Source: an uncultured Candidatus Saccharibacteria bacterium
GTDB taxonomy: Bacteria; Patescibacteriota; Minisyncoccia; Phycocordibacterales; CAYGLL01
Length of the DNA stretch: 64,000 nt
Reading direction: 5' to 3'
Assembly (NCBI GenBank): GCA_964350935.1
Contig: CAYGLL010000004.1
Location: 9,267 to 73,266 of the forward strand
Shown: positions 61,071-64,000 of the stretch, one piece after another
How positions within the stretch are numbered: position 1 is the stretch's first letter
How the letters are laid out: every line of letters starts with the position of its first letter
Notes under the pieces: generated by a model
What the model saw: the letters and a program-made list of their open reading frames with translations, nothing else
The model's database searches: none
What the model was told of the DNA's origin: nothing
Made by a program: the position numbers and the translations under genes

Positions 61071-61490
61071 ATGAAAACAATTATGAAAGTCCCGCATCCT
61101 GCGGGCATCGCGATTAATAATCGCCCTCTCCTCGACGCCTTCATCGAGCTCTGTCTCAGGATCGATAACATGGGAACCCTCCGGGACGAGTTCAAAGGAA
61201 TCGATCAGATCGAAATCACCGGCGAGGAATCACAAAATTCCGAACCGGAGTGGGGTCAGGCGTTAGGCATCAGGTGCCATTTGAAGATCCCTGGGGTTGA
61301 ACCAGCGATTGGAAACGCGTTCCTCTCTGTCGGCACCTTCCTCTTTGTCACGAAGGGCCGAGCGCGTGCTTCTCATGCATGTGGGCCCACCATCGAAGGG
61401 CAAATCAAGGATGTTCTTGATCCCTTAGCCGCAAGCCTCGCCATGAGCTGTCTCGAGTTGGCTCAAAGGTTTGCACCCACAGCCACGTAG
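61071..61490 (+). CDS. hypothetical protein (higher-GC segment)
   Basis: ORF followed by strong terminator; no family recognised. Confidence 0.3.
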   Translation: MKTIMKVPHPAGIAINNRPLLDAFIELCLRIDNMGTLRDEFKGIDQIEITGEESQNSEPEWGQALGIRCHLKIPGVEPAIGNAFLSVGTFLFVTKGRARASHACGPTIEGQIKDVLDPLAASLAMSCLELAQRFAPTAT

Positions 61491-61504
61491 CGCACAACAG
61501 TCTC

Positions 61505-61537
61505 ACGAGACCCGATCAACCGATCGGGTCTCTTTTT
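61505..61537 (+). terminator. Rho-independent terminator
   Basis: gagacccgatc-aacc-gatcgggtctc perfect 11-bp hairpin followed by ttttttat. Confidence 0.75.
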
Positions 61538-61629
61538 TATGGGACATAGAGTGAAATAAACCCACTCGTCCATATCTCCGCAGCAAGCTGACGAGGTATA
61601 TCTAGAATTAATCTCCGCGAGGCTCAACC

Positions 61630-61795
61630 TCGCGGAGACATAAGCCTCATTGCTCCAAAATAGTTGCCAATATGAGGGCGGCCCGTGGGTTTGACCCCAC
61701 TAAGCATAGTCTTCTTAGACCATTCTATATGATTTGTCCGTTTTTGACGGCATGCGGGAATAGTAGCAAAAAAAGCCTAATTTGAAGTTCGGTGG
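61630..61795 (-). pseudogene. direct-repeat copy B: degraded duplicate of the trpS 5' end (MPSKTDKS... then frameshift/stop)
   Basis: encodes MPSKTDKSYRMV* and, out of frame, LSGVKPTGRPHIGNYFGAMR; lies immediately downstream of the tRNA-Trp terminator. Confidence 0.6.
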
Positions 61796-61796
61796 A

Positions 61797-61830
61797 TTTA
61801 AAAAAAGAAAACTCCCAGGTGGGAGTTTTA
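61797..61830 (-). terminator. Rho-independent terminator downstream of tRNA-Trp
   Basis: aaaactcccacctgggagtttt hairpin followed on minus strand by ctttttttt. Confidence 0.7.
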
Positions 61831-61834
61831 GGGT

Positions 61835-61908
61835 TGGCAGGCACGGAAGGAATCGAACCCTCGGTAAGGATTTTGGAGATCCCTGGTTTACCACTAACCG
61901 ACGTGCCC
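61835..61908 (-). tRNA. tRNA-Trp (anticodon CCA)
   Basis: hand fold of GGGCACGTCGGTTAGTGGTAAACCAGGGATCTCCAAAATCCTTACCGAGGGTTCGATTCCTTCCGTGCCTGCCA: 7-bp acceptor stem (G1-U72 wobble), D-arm GGTT/AACC, anticodon loop CTCCAAA (U33, C34C35A36, A37), T-arm GAGGG-TTCGATT-CCTTC, discriminator G73, encoded CCA. Confidence 0.8.
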
Positions 61909-61945
61909 CCAAAGGTGTTAGCTGTCTGTAGTGCAGACTAGCAGA

Positions 61946-62731
61946 TTACTTCTTCGAGTCAAGTCCACCAGGCATTTTTCGTGCGGCAAAGCCGAAGATA
62001 GATTCGTAGTTTGTACTACCAAAGATTACGGGATAAAAGTCATACACTGCCCTGATTTCTATTTTGTCTGAGGTGCGGGCGAAAATCTCCCCAGTTTTGA
62101 TCTGCTTAAAATTTTGGACATGCGGTTCAAGATGAGCTCCCGCCGGTTTAGCGACACTTTCAAAAACTTCATAGTATTCTGTTTGAAACCCAAAAGGCTT
62201 CACCGGCGAGATTAAACCGTAGTATGAAAAAATAAACTCAACCCCCTCAGTTGTTTTAATCACTGTTTTGCTATGAGTGTCTTTTCCCATTTCAAAAGCA
62301 ATGCCGATGCGGGCGCATGAAATAAGCGCCCTGTCTGGTTTCATGTTCATAAAAAGTACATTGCGCGGGGAAAGTTTTTGAAGTAGCTCTTTCGTAGCCG
62401 GATCTAGTTTGGTAACAATAACAGTATCTTCGAGCCCGCTTTTGGTTGAGTGAATATCGATAACGACATCATAGGCTGAAACAACTCGCACGAGTTCGAA
62501 AGCGCGTTTCTCCTCATATGTTCCGTCCGCTTTTCCCGGAAAAACCCGATTTAAGTCCTGATCAATATAGCGCTTTCCCTCTTGGTAGGCGCGTTCATTG
62601 GCGATCTGTACATCTACAGAGTCCCCGATAAGTTTTGGGTATTTTTTTAAAATTTCATCCTTAACCCTAACACCCACAAGCTCATCACCATGAGTCAGGA
62701 TATTGAGAAGTATTTTGAGCGCCATTTTCAC
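61946..62731 (-). CDS. succinylglutamate desuccinylase/aspartoacylase (AstE/AspA) family zinc hydrolase
   Basis: hallmark motifs LTHGDELVG (HG.E) and DLNRVFPG near N-terminus; 261 aa. Confidence 0.6.
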   Translation of the reverse strand: MKMALKILLNILTHGDELVGVRVKDEILKKYPKLIGDSVDVQIANERAYQEGKRYIDQDLNRVFPGKADGTYEEKRAFELVRVVSAYDVVIDIHSTKSGLEDTVIVTKLDPATKELLQKLSPRNVLFMNMKPDRALISCARIGIAFEMGKDTHSKTVIKTTEGVEFIFSYYGLISPVKPFGFQTEYYEVFESVAKPAGAHLEPHVQNFKQIKTGEIFARTSDKIEIRAVYDFYPVIFGSTNYESIFGFAARKMPGGLDSKK

Positions 62732-62779
62732 ATCATAACAAAAAACGGAGGGAAAATTAATTCCCTCCGTCTGAAGCGC

Positions 62780-63562
62780 CTATGCGCAAAGATCACGGCA
62801 CAGCGTCGCCCATTCAACGATTTGATCAAGCGAATCCGTAGCTCCAAACATCCGAAACTCGATTGTCCCGTGGACTGAGATGCGAATAAGTGTCCAGCAT
62901 CGGCGCGGGTCATCCGAAAAAGAATGCACCACTGATCGATCATAGAACTGGCTGAGGTCCTCGATTTTGTTCGGCATGTACTGTGTTGCCATAACCCGGT
63001 AGAGAGCCATCCGTTGCCCAGATGAATTGTCTCCGAGTGCGATCAGGCGCTCCGTGTGCTTGATAGCACAGTTGTAAGCGTTAATCGCCGCCGACAAGTT
63101 GGACATACCAACGTGAATGTGCGTTGCTGCCACACGACAGGCTGCCGAAAGAACTTCGTGCGGCATGTTTTTGGTAATCACTTGGTATCGTCCCGTTGGG
63201 TCAGGATAGATATCAAGGGGCATCGACTCGGAGGCTATTTCCAGGTTTACACGTCGTGCACCGACAACATGGTCGGCCCAATCGAGGGTTCTTTCGCTGT
63301 CAGAAAGTTTCGCATGTAGCTCGCCTATTTGGCATGGACCGATTTTTGACTCTAGCTGACATGCTGAGAGCTCGTACCCGAAATTCGAGTAATCCTGCGC
63401 AAGTCTCCCGCTTTCACGAAGACAATCAAGATATTTTTCTGCAAGCGGAGCAACCGCACCCGTTTTCGGGTCAATCGTAAACTGTTCCCGCTCAACACCA
63501 ACGCATCCGATTTTTTCCTGATCGAATTTGAATCGTTCAAAGAACTTTTCTTTTTCTGTCAT
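62780..63562 (-). CDS. GCS2-family carboxylate-amine ligase (YbdK/glutamate-cysteine ligase family 2-like), short form
   Basis: GVEREQF, GYELSACQLE, THIHVG and IEFRMFGATD align with GCS2 conserved blocks; 260 aa is shorter than typical YbdK. Confidence 0.5.
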   Translation of the reverse strand: MTEKEKFFERFKFDQEKIGCVGVEREQFTIDPKTGAVAPLAEKYLDCLRESGRLAQDYSNFGYELSACQLESKIGPCQIGELHAKLSDSERTLDWADHVVGARRVNLEIASESMPLDIYPDPTGRYQVITKNMPHEVLSAACRVAATHIHVGMSNLSAAINAYNCAIKHTERLIALGDNSSGQRMALYRVMATQYMPNKIEDLSQFYDRSVVHSFSDDPRRCWTLIRISVHGTIEFRMFGATDSLDQIVEWATLCRDLCA

Positions 63563-63862
63563 AGTTCGCCTTTCAGAGTTCGAGTCCTCTTCTCATAAGA
63601 AAACCCGTCCACAGCGCGCGTAACTTTTGTTACCTACGCTAAGGACGGATTTACCGTGGTGCCACCTTGTTTCGAGGGAGTATTCACCCTTCGCACTTTG
63701 CTATCTTTATGTCCATTAAGGACCAACAATAGCTTTCCTGATAACGGAGGAATCCGGATTTCCACTCATGCAGAAACCCTCTTGTCGTCGGCCTGTAGGA
63801 CAGACGACTACCATGACCCAGCCCCTTGTCCCTTAAGACAAAGGATCACGATATAGAGCTTC
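63563..63862 (-). promoter_or_regulatory. candidate T-box riboswitch leader (Trp-specific?) with promoter and intrinsic terminator upstream of GCS2-like gene
   Basis: minus strand: TTGACA-17-TATGCT promoter (plus coordinates 63867-63895); T-box-like core AAGGUGGCACCACGG (plus 63654-63668) against consensus AGGGUGGNACCGCGG; UGGC bulge complementary to GCCA of adjacent tRNA-Trp; terminator CCGUCC...GGACGG then GUUUUCUU just before the ATG; possible specifier UGG-A about plus 63762. Confidence 0.4.
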
Positions 63863-64000
63863 CAAAAGCATAGTACTGATGTAAAAATGTGTCAACTTGA
63901 TATTGCATCTTTGCGTGGTAGTTTGAAAACTGAAAGAGTTCGTTGTAATTATGATAACAAACAAATCCGTACCGATAACTGACCCGGCAGTAATAGCTAG

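Noticed and set aside
60654-61097. Minus-strand 147-aa ORF in the higher-GC segment
   Set aside because: It has a Cys/Trp-rich low-complexity translation, and the plus-strand alternative is followed by a perfect terminator.
63590-63860. Considered RNase P RNA, tmRNA, SRP RNA or 6S RNA for this structured ORF-free region
   Set aside because: No GGAAAGUCCGGGCUCC-type P4 motif, no tRNA-like tmRNA ends, and no SRP domain IV motif. The position (a 5' leader with terminator before an ATG) and the T-box-like core fit a riboswitch leader better.

Overview
The window is a gene-dense, roughly 45% GC bacterial chromosome segment whose gene content and sizes look like a reduced-genome organism, plausibly Patescibacteria/CPR; that assignment is inference only. 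The ORF track translates TTG and GTG first codons as M, so several first M residues are alternative starts, and some coordinates I derived by hand could be off by a base or two.

Housekeeping content:
- Replication and repair: dnaB, recR, rmuC, mpg, a DnaQ-like exonuclease, scpA/scpB.
- Translation: rplU, rplI, rpmA, cysS, gltX, an archaeal-type aspS, trpS, and a tRNA-Trp gene.
- Cell envelope: murG, ftsW, mraY, a PBP5-like DD-carboxypeptidase, M23 peptidases, ctpA.
- An F-type ATP synthase operon that is unusually split.

The most notable region is the 3' end of the window:
1. About 300 nt of leader upstream of a GCS2-family ligase plus AstE/AspA-family deacylase pair has a T-box-like core. 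Its UGGC bulge matches the GCCA end of the adjacent tRNA-Trp(CCA).
2. tRNA-Trp is followed by a degraded duplicate of the trpS promoter and 5' end.
3. That duplicate and the intact trpS start form roughly 170-bp imperfect direct repeats that bracket a 5.8-kb insertion. The insertion carries a YcaO-domain protein, a protein with a C-terminal C39-like cysteine peptidase domain, an alpha/beta hydrolase, a Nudix hydrolase and two higher-GC hypothetical genes.
4. No precursor peptide, integrase or transposase is evident.

Other notable loci:
- A co-directional block with a SET-domain protein, a zinc-ribbon mini-protein, a diverged tandem pair of CsaA-like tRNA-binding proteins and an HTH/Doc toxin-antitoxin pair.
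- A CYTH protein flanked by two RBBP9/YdeN-like hydrolases.
- A roughly 60% GC single-gene islet next to dnaB.
- A diverged relic of the typA 5' end abutting typA.
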